NCBI GenBank assembly: GCA_964016885.1
Contig: OZ024763.1
Coordinates: 27,838,001-27,902,000, forward strand
Source: Eledone cirrhosa
Lineage: Eukaryota
DNA: 64,000 nucleotides
Direction of reading: 5' to 3'
Of this stretch, positions 15,441-31,196 are shown one piece after another (the first letter of the stretch is position 1; every line of letters begins with the position of its first letter). A program made the position numbers and the translations under genes. Below the pieces are notes generated by a model. That model had not been told where the DNA came from. It saw nothing but the letters and a program-made list of their open reading frames with translations, and did not search any database.

Positions 15441-15615
15441 TCCCCACACCACCGTGCCCTAGGCCTAGGGCCCCTCCCAGTCTTCTGTCACCCTAGATCC
15501 CTTAACTTTTCCTTCCTTTTCTGTTTTCATAATCACAAAAGACACTTGAAATGTTTACGATATAATATATAAATGTTCAGTATATATGTAAAACTGACAT
15601 ACAGATTAAAATGTA

Positions 15616-15980
15616 CCGTATTTCCCGGCCCCGAAGACGCTTCGCCTTCGAGGACGCACCCTAATTTTGACAAACAAAAATTTGAAAAAAAAATAACGGT
15701 TTCTTATATAGGCACAAGACCAAAAACTTTGGGGGAGGGGAAAGTCTATTAAATCAACCCCAGTGCGTGACTGGTATATTATTTTATTGACCCCGTAAGG
15801 ATGAAAGGCAAAGTTAGCCATGGCAGGATTTGAACTCAGATCATAAAGGGCCGTAACTCTATGCTGCAAAGCATGGCGTCCGACCCTCTACTGATACAAC
15901 CTTCGGTCTCCAGGACACATGGTAGATTTTTTAGACATATTTTAGGAAAAAGGTAGCACCTTTGACCCCGGGAAATACGG
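15616..15980. mobile_element. Tc1/mariner-superfamily (Tc2/pogo-like) MITE interrupted by a SINE A copy (about 15700-15897, minus strand)
   Basis: TA|CCGTATTTCCCGG ... CCGGGAAATACGG|TA terminal inverted repeats with TA flanks. Confidence 0.75.
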
Positions 15981-16088
15981 TATATATATATATATAACGA
16001 AGGAAATGTGGTAAGGAACCAGGTGGGCCATAACGCACCAAAGTACTCAATACTTAGGGTAGTAGAGTGGGTAATAGTCCTACTCGTT

Positions 16089-16126
<38 letters not shown>

Positions 16127-16304
16127 GGAAAAATTTGAACAGGAACAAAACAGAGAGGCAGTACAACGAATGTTTATTAATTTCACGCTCTGGAGAGTGG
16201 GGTGGTGGTATAACGAAGGAAATGTGGTAAGGAACCAGGTGGACCATAACATACCAAAGTACTCAATACTTAGGGTAGTAGAGTGGGTAATAGTCCTACT
16301 CGTT

Positions 16305-16352
<48 letters not shown>

Positions 16353-16502
16353 GTTGTTCAAGCGTAGAAATGCTAAAATAGAGTGAAGACCGTGAAAAGA
16401 CGATAAAAGAAATCGGCATCGGCCACTATGAGGATTTGAACCCCATATCTTCAAGATATTGGCTATATATATATATATATATATATATAAATATATATAT
16501 AT

Positions 16503-16781
16503 ACGATATTAAATAAATGGAAACTATATTTATAAAACCATATTTATTTCGTTATATATATTTCTGGGATATCATATTAAAAATATGGTATGCCTTCCTC
16601 AGACAATACCATATTTTTTAATATGATATCCCAGAAATATATATAACGAAATAAATATGGTTTTATAAATATAGTTTCCATTTATTTAATATCGTAAACC
16701 TACTCCAGAAACTGTTGAGTGCTTTTATATCAGTTATAAAATATTTACTCGTTGTAACCCAACAATCTTAAATAAAACTTT

Positions 16782-16785
<4 letters not shown>
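16503..16785 (+). mobile_element. Palindromic hammerhead island in (TA)n (PLE pLTR-like)
   Basis: About 90-bp inverted arms at 16503-16591 and 16606-16695. Minus-strand HHR at 16550-16605 (tgt CTGAGGA..GAAA tatata TA acg). Tail ACTC..GAGTGC at 16702-16722. Related fragment at 44855-44950. Confidence 0.8.
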
Positions 16786-16842
<57 letters not shown>

Positions 16843-16895
16843 CAGGAAAGAAGAATGACACGGTTTGCTATACAAAAAAGGTTTTTAATCTCATT

Positions 16896-17001
16896 GCTGA
16901 CAATTGTTTCTCTGAACTGGTAGGTCTAGAGATCGCCACCCGCTTATTTCCACGTTATTCGATCACCAATACAATGTTATAACCAGTCAATTCATCGGAG
17001 C
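16896..17001 (-). ncRNA. Hammerhead motif with extended stem II
   Basis: Reverse complement: gct CCGATGA [~80 nt] GAAA caattg TC agc. Palindrome ACAATTGT, GUC triplet. Partial family copy at 20280-20400 (+). Confidence 0.7.
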
Positions 17002-17162
17002 TTGTGAGAATGAAAAGAATATACAGGCATGGCTACTATATATAGTAGTAATGGCATTCAATCAGAACAATAACAACAATACTAACAATGCTAGCAATAA
17101 ATTATTTGAAATAATCACAACATCGATCTAGGTGGGAAGTATAGTATATCTACGATTTTAAC

Positions 17163-17228
<66 letters not shown>

Positions 17229-17669
17229 AAACAATAACATACATGTTCTTTAAAGGTGAAATTGGTAGGAAAGATGTTACCCCGTTAAGTTTAAAATTTG
17301 GCTGTCTACGTCTCTACGTCTACGAGTAGCTAGATGTCCACGAGAAAGAAACCGATATTCCCTTCTTTCGCATTTATATAGGAACAGTCCATTAAACAAA
17401 TATTTCTATATATATTCGTCGATTTATTTGAAGGGAGATCAGTGTATATATGTATTAAATAAATTAATGATTTCTCCTGTTAAGAAATGAATGTAGCTTT
17501 CGATCAAGGTTCGATTCTTATCGTATGTAGTGAAGTGATTTTGTTGAATCAATAACTGGTAGATAGTTGTCAAATAGTTCTTACTATATTGATAGGAAAT
17601 CAAGTGCCAAAACAACAAACAATTTTTTTTTTCTTTTTGTGGAAGAAGATAGTTCATACAGGATGTGTC

Positions 17670-17720
<51 letters not shown>

Positions 17721-17805
17721 TGGACCCCCTTCTAAACTACGTATTTTATATATATATATAGTGACGAAACATAAGTCAATTGCATGAACTCATAATCCTT
17801 TATTT

Positions 17806-17863
17806 ACTGCTATATATATATTTCGATGATAGCCATTGAATGGCTATGACCTCATCAGGTAGT
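17806..17863 (-). ncRNA. Hammerhead motif with (UA)n stem III
   Basis: Reverse complement: actac CTGATGA ggtc atagccatt c aatggctat catc GAAA tatatata TA gcagt. Confidence 0.75.
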
Positions 17864-17960
17864 TAGTCAGTTCTTAGATATGCCAGCTCTGTGTGTATAG
17901 TGTTGATGGTATCAGAACCTTGGGACATATGGGCTTGTTAGGAATAATTCGATGTTGTCA

Positions 17961-18015
<55 letters not shown>

Positions 18016-18019
<4 letters not shown>

Positions 18020-18480
18020 AGGTCACCAGTTGGTGCTACTGGTAACATGTATCCCAGTACAACCTGTCTCATGGTCGGGTCGTTGGCGACTAAACTGGCA
18101 ACCCCACCAAGGTTTCTTGGTGAGGAGGGTGACTTTCGACATCCTGCAGGACTAAAAACAAAACCTGTCAAAGGGAAAAGGTGCTCTTAAGAGTCAATGG
18201 CCATCCAAAATCACCGGGAGAGATGACCCCTTAGCCTTGTCAAGGCAGAATTCTAGGAGAAGGAAAACTCTGATATAACACCTGCAACCCTGATGGTATC
18301 CAATGATGTTGACTTGTTCTTCTTTTTGGTAAATATCATCTTGGTTAAGAGAGTGGGACTGGCTTTGTGCAGTGCCTTTGCTCACTATAAAAGCTTCACG
18401 GCACAGGCATTGCTTTATATCTGGAGATCTCTCTGCACTTGTCGTCACATGGTACCATGGGCCTAGCACTATGTGTCAAT
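18016..18480 (+). mobile_element. Probable RTE-type LINE 5' region (degenerate)
   Basis: Related segments at 14570-14765 and 30980-31170 (minus). Lies just upstream of the RTE coding fragment. Assignment is an inference. Confidence 0.45.
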
Positions 18481-18699
18481 GATTGTCACAAGTGTAGTGT
18501 TTGTACAAGAGTTTTCAAGTCGCTGGCTGGACTAAAAAGTCACACTGGTTTAGCGCATCGGTAGGGGTTCTCCTACATGGATATAAAGTAGTGGCCGTAC
18601 TCGAAAACGAGTTGGCAGCCACCATATATATATATACACTTCTCAACATTCTAAATATATATACTTACATATATATATATATATATATACACACATGTA

Positions 18700-19110
18700 C
18701 GGGTCTGAGTGAGACTTGGGCACTGACCAAGAAACTCACTCAGGGGGTGGGGTGGGGGGATGGTGCTACACAAGGATGGTGAGGATGGCTCTGAACATTA
18801 ATCAGTATACACTGATAATGATGAACTCAGAGCTGTACGGGAGCCCCCCAAAAGTCAGCTCGAAAGTGACACAGAGGAGACTGGGGTTAGCTGGACATGC
18901 TCACATACATTCACTGCTGACATGACAGTCAGTGGTCCTGGGGGAGCCCCTACACGGACACACTGGAAGAGATAGACCGAGACCGAGGATAACATATGTC
19001 GATGCCCTAAGAACAGACACTGGTCTCTGGGAAATGCGGGACATAGCGGCGATGATGTGCCTCTGGGGGGAACTTTTAGATGAAAATCCCACGGTCATTC
19101 GTGACCGAAG
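18700..19110 (+). mobile_element. RTE-clade LINE C-terminal fragment (frameshifted)
   Basis: ETWALTKK..CYTRMVRMALNI..NSELYG..KV..KVTQRRLGLAGH..HG...RPRITYVDAL, a typical RTE post-RT region. Confidence 0.8.
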
Positions 19111-19149
19111 GGGGTCTTTACTATATATATATATATATATATATATCAG

Positions 19150-19340
19150 ATAGGGTGTGGTAAAAACCAGGTAGACCATAACCCACCAGAGTACTCGATA
19201 CTTGGGGTAGTAGAGTGGGAAATATGAAGTGATTCAGGAACTAGACGGCTGAGTTCCGACCGTTTCGACAGCTAGATCCGAGCTCAAATCTGGCTGTCGA
19301 AACGGTCGGAGCTCAGCCGTTGAGGTCCTGAATCTTTTCA
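19150..19340 (-). mobile_element. Palindromic island with partial hammerhead (stem II-GAAAC-G-GTC) and ACTC..GAGTAC tail
   Basis: Imperfect arms at about 19224-19287 and 19297-19341. The tail at 19191-19216 is shared with the duplicated segments at 15996-16090 and 16210-16306. Confidence 0.65.
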
Positions 19341-19357
19341 TATATATATATATATAT

Positions 19358-19535
19358 AAAAATAACAGATTAAAGTTTAAGCAAAGAATCGCTGCTTTCA
19401 GAAGATCCCGTTAAGGGTGAAAGCAGCGATTCTTTGCTTAAACTTTAATCTGTTATTTTAATGAATATTTGCTCTGGGGTTCTTATATATTTGATATATA
19501 TTTATCCTTATCGAGCCCTCTATGGATTTCAGTCT
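19358..19535 (+). mobile_element. Palindromic island with degenerate hammerhead and GCTC..GAGC tail
   Basis: About 42-bp arms around GAAGA t ccc gttaa ggg t GAAA. Family copies at 20835-20956 (-), 44705-44750 (+) and 59190-59326 (-, with its own inversion). Confidence 0.7.
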
Positions 19536-19536
19536 G

Positions 19537-20141
19537 CCGAGGTTAACTTTGCCTTTCATCCTTACGTGGTCGATAAAATAAAGTACCAGTAATGCACTGG
19601 TTAATTGCTAGCCTTGTGCCAAAACTAGAAACAATTATTTCATCCTTACGTGGTCGATAAAATAAAGTACCAGTAATATACTGGTTAATTGCTAGCCTTG
19701 TGCCAAAAGTAGAAACAATTATTTCATCCTTACGTGGTCGATAAAATAAAGTACCAGTAATATACTAGTTAATTGCTAGCCTTGTGCCAAAAGTAGAAAC
19801 AATTATTTCATCCTTACGTGGTCGATAAAATAAAGTACCAGTAATATACTGGTTAATTGCTAGCCTTGTGCCAAAAGTAGAAACAATTATTTCATCCTTA
19901 CGTGGTCGATAAAATAAAGTACCAGTAATATACTAGTTAATTGCTAGCCTTGTGCCAAAAGTAGAAACAATTATTTCATCCTTACGTGGTCGATAAAATA
20001 AAGTACCAGTAATATACTGGTTAATTGCTAGCCTTGTGCCAAAAGTAGAAACAATTATTTCATCCTTACGTGGTCGATAAAATAAAGTACCAGTAATGCA
20101 CTGGTTAATTGGTGGCCTTGTGCCAAAAGTAGAAACAATTA
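19537..20141 (+). mobile_element. SINE A 3' half amplified as 7 tandem 84-bp units
   Basis: TTTCATCCTTACGTGG starts at 19554, 19638, 19722, 19806, 19890, 19974 and 20058. Confidence 0.95.
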
Positions 20142-20520
20142 TTACTAATTATTGCTGTACTACAAATTTTAGTACACCATTAACGAATCCTTTGGCTGCG
20201 GCCAAGCTAACGAATGCAGATTCGGAATGCAGCTTAGCACTCGATGGAGAATAATACCCCAGAGTTATATATATATATATAGTAACGTGAAAACAAGCGA
20301 ATAGCGATCTCTAGACCTACCAGTTCAGAGAAACAATTGTCAGCAATGAGATTAAAAACCTTTTTTGAATTGCAAACCATGTCAATCTTCTTTCCTGATT
20401 TATATATATATATATTGTTATACTTTGGGAGGGTCATGTTGCCAATAAGAAACACACGCACAAACAAAATGGCGTAGGATAGAAGAAAGGAAAGGCACAG
20501 AAACGAAGAAAGAAATCCCC

Positions 20521-20565
20521 AGTCACTGAAGAGGTCACAGAGTGTGTGACGAAAGAACTATGACT
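20521..20565 (+). ncRNA. Minimal type I hammerhead motif
   Basis: agtca CTGAAGA g gtcac agagtgt gtgac GAAA gaac TA tgact. 5-bp stem I, 5-bp stem II. Confidence 0.75.
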
Positions 20566-20778
20566 ATATATATATAAACAACTATCTGGTTGTGGAACCA
20601 ACCAACCAACCAGAAATTTATAAATTTGTAAATTTATAAATATTTAATAAATTAAATTGAAGTGAAAGCAACTGGTGCGTGTGTTTCTTATTGGCAACAT
20701 GACCCTCCCAAAGTATAACAATATCGGTTTCAACACACGATTTCAGATAAAGAATCTTGCTAAACAAATTCAGAAACG

Positions 20779-20835
<57 letters not shown>

Positions 20836-21429
20836 TAAAGACCCAAATCCAAAGAAGACTCGATAAGGGTTATATATATAAATATATATAAATCTCGTAG
20901 AGTAAATATTTATTAGTACAGATTAAAGGTTTAAGCAAACGATGTCTGCTTTCACCTTGGTGTGTTTATGTGGAGGGTATGGTGTGTTAGTTGAGGTTCT
21001 GTGTTCTGTAGTGTTTGTCATAGTATGTGTATGGTGTGTGTGTGTGTGTAGGGTGGGTTGTGTTGTGTGTTCTAGCTTTGAGTCGTGAGTGTGTAGTGCA
21101 TATGTTGTCTTGTAAGTGTGTTTGTGTGTGTATGTGTGTTTTGGGGATGTGTGGTGTGTTGTGTTGTTAAGAGGGTCGGACGCCATGCTTTGCAGCACAG
21201 TTACGTCCCTTTACGGACTGAGTTCAAATCCCGCCGAGGTTAACTTTGCCTTTCATCCTTACGGGGTCGATAACATAAAGTACCAGTAATACACTGGGAT
21301 AATTGCTGGCCTTGTGCCCAAAGTAGAAACAGTTATTTTATTGGGTGGTGACTCTAGAGTCTTTGTGTGTCTGTGTGTCTGGATGTATGTGTGTATGAAT
21401 ATGTATGTTTGTCTGTCTGTCTATCTATC

Positions 21430-22203
21430 TATATGGACAACTTCCAAAAGTCCCTGGCCTGGCAGTGCTACCGAGGAGCTCTACCAGTTCGAGACAAGCT
21501 CTACAGACATGGGCGCCCGGGAAGGGACCCTGCAAAAAAGATCTGTCCGAGGTGCGTGCGAGACGAAGAAACCGTCGCGCACGCATTCATATACTGCCCG
21601 GGCGTCACTGACCTGTGGGGCTATGTAGAACGACTATTGTCGCGGGTGGGACCAATCCAGTTGACCACCGAGCCCATTGTCATGATCAAACCGCCACCCT
21701 CCTTCAAAAACGAAGGAGAGGCGGTTTTCCTTTGTGTGATAGCTATGGCGAAAGAGGTTGTATGGTGGACAAGGTTGAAAGGGCTGAGGTCAGACACCTT
21801 TCTCTCCGGCCAACAACTGATTCTTTTTTTCAAATACCACTTTGGAAGAAGAGTCAGGATGGAGAGAGAGGTGCTGTACCCCAGCAAGTTTTATGAAAGG
21901 TGGGTGAAAGTGGCGAGAATGGCCCGAGTGAATGGGCCGGGTCATCTCTCTATATCAGCCTGTAGGTTGAGGAAAAGGAGGAGGAGAGGAAAGGAGTACA
22001 AACTCTTCATACTCCTGGAGTTGAGGGTTGCACATTTTTTTCGGGGCTATGTGTTACCCATATAAACTGTCTCCCCCTATTGGGGAAAATCGACTAATTT
22101 TTTAAAATTCCATTTGTGATAACATTTTACACGTTTTTATTGTATGTAAACTTCCCCCATTGTATTTGTCCCCTTCTTTTGTGCCCCTGTGGCTAATAAA
22201 GAA
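21430..22203 (+). mobile_element. 5'-truncated L1/Tx1-like LINE (zf-RVT C-terminus plus 3' UTR)
   Basis: FQKSLAWQCYRGALPVRDKL..CPRCVRDEETVAHAFIYCP..LW zinc knuckle. AATAAA at about 22195 followed by a microsatellite. Confidence 0.85.
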
Positions 22204-22227
22204 ATATATCTATGTGTGTATGTGTGA

Positions 22228-22258
<31 letters not shown>

Positions 22259-22619
22259 TGTATGTATGTATGTATGTATGTATGTATGTATGTATGTATG
22301 TGTGTGTGTATGTATGTATGTATGTATGTATGTATGTATGTATGCGTGTATGTATGTGTGTTTGTCTGTCTATCTGTGTATGTGTGTGTATTGTGTTATT
22401 GTTGTTGTTACTACTATGTTTCCTATCATCATCATCATCATCATTATTGTTATTGTTGCTGCTTCTGATGCTGCTGCTGTTGATGTCTCTACTACTGTTT
22501 TTATTTTGCTGCTGTTGTTGTTATTGTTGTTGCTGCTGCAGTTGTTATATCTGTTTGTTGTTCTTGTTGCTGTTGCTGCTATTGTGACTGCTGCTGTTGT
22601 TGTTGTTATAGATGCTGCT

Positions 22620-24280
22620 GCTAGTGATGGTGGTGGTGGGGTGGGGTGGCGTTCTCTTTCTGCTGCTGTTGTTGTTGTGACTGCTGCTGTTGTTGTTGTT
22701 ATAGATGCTGCTGCTGCTGGTAATGGTGGTGGTGGGGGTGGCGTTCTCTTTCTGCTGCTGTTGTTGTTGTTATAGATGCTGCTGCTGGTGATGGTGGTGG
22801 TGGGGTGGCGTTCTCTTTCTGCTGCTGCTGTTGTTGTTATAGATGATGCTGCTGGTGATGGTGGTGGTGGTGGGGGTGGCGTTCTCTTTCTGCTGTTGTT
22901 GTTGTTGTTATAGATGCTGCTGCTGGTGATGGTGATGGTGGTGGGGGTGGCGTTCTCTTTCTGCTGTTGTTGTTGTTGTTATAGATGCTGCTGCTGGTGA
23001 TGGTGATGGTGGTGGGGGTGGCGTTCTCTTTCTGCTGTTGTTGTTGTTGTTATAGATGCTGCTGCTGGTGATGGTGGTGGGGTGGCGTTCTCTTTCTGCT
23101 GCTGTTGTTGTTGTTGTTGTTATATATGCTGCTGCTGGTGATGGTGGTGGGGTGGCGTTCTCTTTCTGCTGCTGTTGTTGTTATAGATGCTGCTGCTGGT
23201 GATGGTGGTGGTGGGGTGGCGTTCTCTTTCTGCTGCTGTTGTTGTTGTGACTGCTGCTGTTGTTGTTATAGATGATGCTGCTGTTGCTGTTGCTTCTGTT
23301 GTTGTTGTTGTTAATACTGTTGTTGCTATTGTTGATTATACTGTTGTTGCTATTGCTGCTGTTGTTGCTGCTGCTGCTGATGTTGCTGATGTTGCTGCTG
23401 TTGTTACTGTTGTTACTGTTGTTACTGTTGTTACTGTTGTTGTTATTGTTGATTATATTGTTGTTGTTGCTGTTGTTGCTTTTGTTGTTTATGTTGCTGC
23501 TGTTGTTGCTGCTGCTGCTGATGTTGCTGCTGTTGTTACTGTTGCTGCTGATGTTGCTGCTGTTGTTACTGTTGTTGTTGTCATTGTTGATTATATTGTT
23601 GTTGTTGCTGTTGTTGCTATTGTTGTTTATGTTGCTGCTGCTGTTGTTGCTGCTGTTGTTACTGTTGCTACTATTGCTGCTGATATTGTTGTTTATGTTG
23701 ATGATGTTCTTGCTGTTGATGATGATGTTACTACAGTTGTTATTATTGTATATGTTGTTGCTGTTGTTGTTGTTGTTATCGTCACTGATGCTGTTGTTGT
23801 TGTTGTTATCGTCACTGATGCTGTTGTTGTTGTTGCTGCTGCTGTTGTTGTTGTTGTTGTTGCTGTTATTGTCATTGATGCTATTGTTGTTGTTGTTATT
23901 GTCACTGATGCTGTTGTTGTTGTTGGTGTTGGTGTTACTACTGCTGCTATTATTGTTGCTGTTGTTGTTGTTGTTGTCACTGGTGCTATTGTTGTTGTTG
24001 CTGCTGCTGTTGTTATTGTATATGTTGCTGTTATTGCTGCTGTTGTTGTTGTTGTTGTTCTTGTTTTTACTACTGCTGCTATTGTTGCTGCTGCTGTTGT
24101 TGTTGTTATTGTCACTGGTGCTATTGTTGTTGTTGCTGCTGCTGCTGTTGTTATTTTATATGTTGCTGTTATTGCTGCTGCTGTTGTTGTTGTTGCTGCT
24201 GCTATTGTTGTTGCTGCTGTTATTGTCACTGATGCTATTGTTGTTGCTGTTATTGTCACTGATGCTATTGAGGTTGAGGC
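22620..24280. repeat. ~65-bp minisatellite (GGTGGCGTTCTCTTTCTGCTG.., about 10 copies) followed by a (GTT/GCT)n tract
   Basis: Read directly. Confidence 0.9.
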
Positions 24281-24482
24281 AATTGTTACAATGAAAGAAC
24301 TCTAATGAGAAACGAGTACAGAAAAGGCTTTTTCAACCCCACACACCTCCCACACCACTACCACCCCTCCATTGTAATGTAAAGCCTCTGTCTAGATTGA
24401 TGTTAGCAACTACCATGCTGGCATGACATTTCGTTATATAACGCCAGCATCACATCATAATCCCATGATTGGATCGGTCGGC

Positions 24483-25012
24483 TTAACCCTTTTCCTTGTC
24501 ATGTATCTAATAAAAGACACTGTCTATGATTTTCGAATAATGTTGAAGAATTTCGAGGGATTTATTAATGGAAATATTTTACTATTTTATTATTATTATT
24601 TTTTTTATTTTTCATTATTAACCCTTTCGTTGCGATATTTCTTATAAAAGGCACCCCAAGGATTTTAAAAATATATATATATATATTTATAAATAATAAG
24701 ATTTTATAATATAACAATATTTTTTCATTATTAACTCTTTCGTTACAATATTTCTAATAAAAGACACTGTCTATAATTTTAAAAATATATTTTTAAAATA
24801 AATAATCAACAATTTGGTAAGATTTAGTAATATAACAATTTTTTTTTTTTTCATTATTAACCCTTCGTTACAATATTTCTAATAAAAGACACTCTGCCTA
24901 TGATTTTAAAAATATTTTTTAATAAATAATCAACAATTTGATAATATAACAATATTTTTTGTCATTATTAACCCTTTCGTTGCGATATTTCTAATAAAAG
25001 TCACCCCAAGGA

Positions 25013-25079
<67 letters not shown>

Positions 25080-26615
25080 TAATAAACAATTTGGGAAGAT
25101 TTTATATAACAATATCTTTTTTTCCATTATTAATACTTTCGTTACGATATTTCTAATAAAAGACACCCAAATGATTATTAAAATATTTGTTTATACCTAA
25201 TCAACCTATTTTTTTGTCATTATTAACCCTTTCCTTGTCATATTTCTAATAAAAGGCACCCCAATGATTTTAAATAATGTTGAACATTACTAAGAATTTG
25301 GAGGGATTTCTTAAAGAAAGTATTTTACTATATTTGTTTTCATTATTTCAAATCCCGCCGAGGTTAACTTTGCCTTTCATCCTTACGGGGTCGATAAAAT
25401 AAAGTACCAGTAATACACTGGATTAATTGCTGGCCTTGTGCTAAAAGTAGAAACAATTATTACCATTTTCGTTACAATATTTCTAATAAAAGACACTGTT
25501 TATGATTTTACAAATATTTTTTTATAAATAATTAACAACTTGGTAAGATTTACTAATATAATATATTTTTGCATTATTAAACATATTCGTTGCAATATTT
25601 CTAATAAAAGACACTTCCTGTGGTTTAAGAATATTTTAACATAAATAATTAACAATTTGATAGGATTTAGTAATACAACTATTTCTTTTTCATTGTTAAC
25701 CCTTTCCTTGTATTTCTAATAATTGTTTCTACTTTTAGGCACAAGGCCAGCAATTACCCAGTACATTACTGGTACTTTATTTTATCGACCCCGTAAGGAT
25801 GAAAGGCAAAGTCAATCTCGGCGGGATTTGAACTCAGATCGTAAAGGGACGTAACTTTTTCGAATGATGTTGAAAATTACTAAGAATTTGGAAGTATTTC
25901 TTAATGGAATTATTTTACTGGCAGTATTGGAAGAGGGTCGGACGCCATGCTTTGACGTATAGAGTTACGGCCCTTGCCATTCTGAGTTCAAATCCCGCCG
26001 AGGTTAACTTTGCTCTTCACCCTTACGGGGTCGATGACGTATAGTACCAGTAATGCACTGGGATAATTGCTGGCCTTGTGCCTAACGTAGAAACAATTAT
26101 TTTACTATATTTTAAACCCTTTCGTTACGATATTTTGAGTTCAAATCCCGCCGAGGTTAACTTTGCTCTTCACCCTTACGGGGTCGATAACGTATAGTAC
26201 CAGTAATGCACTGGATAATTGCTGGCCTTGTGCCTAACGTAGAAACAATTATTTTACTATATTTTAAACCCTTTCGTTACGATATTCTGAGTTCAAATCC
26301 CGCCGAGGTTAACTTTGCTCTTCATCCTTACGGGGTCGATAACGTATAGTACCAGTAATGCACTGAAATAATTGCTGGCCTCGTGCCAAAAGTAGAAACA
26401 CTATTATAAGCTCACTTCATTTCAGCAGTTCTACAGTTCGACATTTCTACTGTTCAGAGTGCTTCATTGTGGCGAAATAGAAATTTAAAAAATACTGCTG
26501 CTTCTTCAATTACCCTAGATATGAGCAAATAGCAAGATATGACAATTGTTTTCAACATTATTCGAAAATCATAGGCAGTGTCTTTTGTTAGAAATATCGT
26601 AACGAAAGAGTTAAT
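24483..26615. repeat. AT-rich degenerate tandem array of TTAACCCTTTCGTT(A/G)C..TTTCTAATAAAAGACAC units interleaved with SINE A copies, with one inverted unit at the right end
   Basis: At least 10 units of about 110-130 bp. Inverted copy GTAACGAAAGAGTTAA at about 26599-26614. TTAA-CCC is typical of piggyBac termini. Confidence 0.6.
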
Positions 26616-26659
26616 AACGAAAAAATATAGTTATATAACTATATATTAAGGAACGATCG

Positions 26660-26865
26660 ACTTTCGTCAAATCGGACCGAGGGAACAATGTTTCCGTTGG
26701 TCTTTCCAATTGCTAATACTATCTATCGGTCGCAACTCCAGGTAGAAGGAGCAACGTGAAATAAAGTGTCTTGCTCAAGAACATAACGCATCACCCGGTC
26801 CAGGAATCGAACTCACAACCCTACGATTGCGAATCCAATTCTCTAACCACTCAGCCACACGCCTT
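26660..26865 (-). mobile_element. SINE B-related copy with tRNA-like head
   Basis: Reverse complement AGGCGTGTGGCTGAGTGGTTAGAG..GAGTTCGATTCC..TGTTCTTGAGCAAGAC. The 3' part matches 11100-11185. Confidence 0.7.
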
Positions 26866-26867
26866 CA

Positions 26868-27703
<836 letters not shown>

Positions 27704-27937
27704 GAGAAGAAAGAATACTGTGTGGTTGCACATGGGTTACATATGATAATAATGGTCCTTCATCAGTGATTTTCCAACCTTCATTGGTATTTCATCGCTT
27801 TAAAAATCATATACCTCCAGTTGGTGCGAGCAATAGCTAAATAAAGCTATTGGGACAAGTAAATCGCGTAAAGCGAGCGAGACAAGTAAACAAACATAGA
27901 AGGATAGCAACGCAAAGATAGGAAGAAACAAGCACAC

Positions 27938-27973
<36 letters not shown>

Positions 27974-28531
27974 ACGAGGACTGTTTCAGCAAACAGTGGT
28001 AGTTGACTCAACGACTGTACGGCTTATCTGTATCAATATCTCTTTAACTATGTGTAACTACACCATGTATTCCTGATTACGGAACAACCAAAGGAAACCC
28101 CTACGATAGACCTACTGCGGTAAACATCTTCTTGAGTCAACCATCACTGTATGTTGAATCTGTCATCGTTTACTCTAAACCTGAACTAGGGAAACCCTAA
28201 ACATTATCACTGGATTGGCAGTATCGGTAGAGGGTCGGACGGCATGCTTTGAAGCATAGAGTTACCTCCCTTTATGATCTGAGTTCAAATCCCGCCGAGG
28301 TTAACTTTGCCGTTCATCCTTACGGGGGGTCGATAAAATAAAGTACCAGTAATGCACTGGGATAATTGCTGGCCTTGTGCCAAAAGTAGAAACAATTACC
28401 ACGTATACCTAAATATATATATATTCCACTTCATGTTTTATATTCTTCTCCTCTTTTCCACTACCCCCCCCCCCCCCGGCCGCCCCGCCTCACTCCTTGG
28501 AGTCCACCCCCTTCCACTCTCCTGATGAAGG

Positions 28532-28569
<38 letters not shown>

Positions 28570-28596
28570 TGTATCTGTATTTATACATGTATACAT

Positions 28597-28636
<40 letters not shown>

Positions 28637-28744
28637 GCACGCACACACATATATATACATATATATACATATATATACATATATATATATCACAGGAAAA
28701 AAGAGAATGTGTTGCAACGAATGGAATTTATTGAACATATTACC

Positions 28745-28793
<49 letters not shown>

Positions 28794-28945
28794 AGAATGT
28801 ATGTGTATGTATGCATAAATATATATACATCTATCTGTACGCATCTACGCATCTATTTATCTCTGCATATATTCATATCAAATAATCTACAATGTATTAA
28901 AGAATAATGTGTATTGAGAGTTATTAAGGGTTTCCTACTGCGCCA

Positions 28946-30380
<1,435 letters not shown>

Positions 30381-31196
30381 GTGTTATACACGCTGCTGTG
30401 AGATATATATATTATAATATATAGTCTATTAGAGTGTGCTATAGACACTGCTGGAGAATATTAACAGTAACAGTTTATTTATTTAAGAGAACTCATTTAT
30501 CAATCGCCTACTTGGTACAGTCATATGGTTATTACGTTCAGCTGGTGTGTATGTGTTTGTCTATATGCATGTATGTAAATATATATATATATAGATATAT
30601 ATAGATATATATATATGATTATATATGATGGCTACAAACTCTGCTAAGTATATTGCAGTCACTTGTAAGATTATAGAGTTTGGTGCATTTTGAGGCTACG
30701 ACCAGCTACACTAACCTGTAATATATCCTTAACAAGCAATGTCGGTGCTTTGAAGGGTTTTTTTAAGTGGTGAAAGGCCTTGCACTCGACCAATCCCACT
30801 ATCTAGCATCGAGAAACACGACCCGAAAAGGAGAACTGGTCAACATCATCGGATGCTTCCGAAGTCGCAGAGGTTTTTGGGGGTTTTTTTTCAGTTTCCA
30901 TCTCAGATAAAGGTGTTGTGATAACAACTGGGGACCTTTCACTCCCAGGTAAATAAAAAAAAAAAAAAGGTAGTATTTAGATGGCCATTGACTCTGCTGA
31001 GTTACTCCTCCTTTTGCCGGGTCTTCTATTTCATCCCGCATCGTGTCCAAATATCACCCTCGTCACCAAGCAAGCTTGGTGGTGCTGCCGGTTTAGTCGC
31101 CGACGACCCGATCATGAGACAAGTTGTACTGGGTTACATGTTACCAGTAGCACTCGAGAGTGGCCTGACATTATATATATATATATATATATGTGA

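Noticed and set aside
18016-18110. Possible HDV-like ribozyme at an RTE 5' end (also 31078-31168, minus strand)
   Set aside because: Some pairing is visible, but I could not assemble the nested double pseudoknot by eye. Needs a descriptor search.
23187-24305. Poly-Val/Leu/Thr ORFs resembling membrane or mucin proteins (also 3321-3999 and 5002-5860)
   Set aside because: Trinucleotide low-complexity tracts open in several frames on both strands, with no splice or domain evidence.
27705-27940. CTGATGA-containing repeat family (also about 32010-32060 and 45450-45680) as a hammerhead
   Set aside because: No GAAA/stem III/NUH arrangement could be placed consistently. Left as an unclassified TA-embedded repeat.
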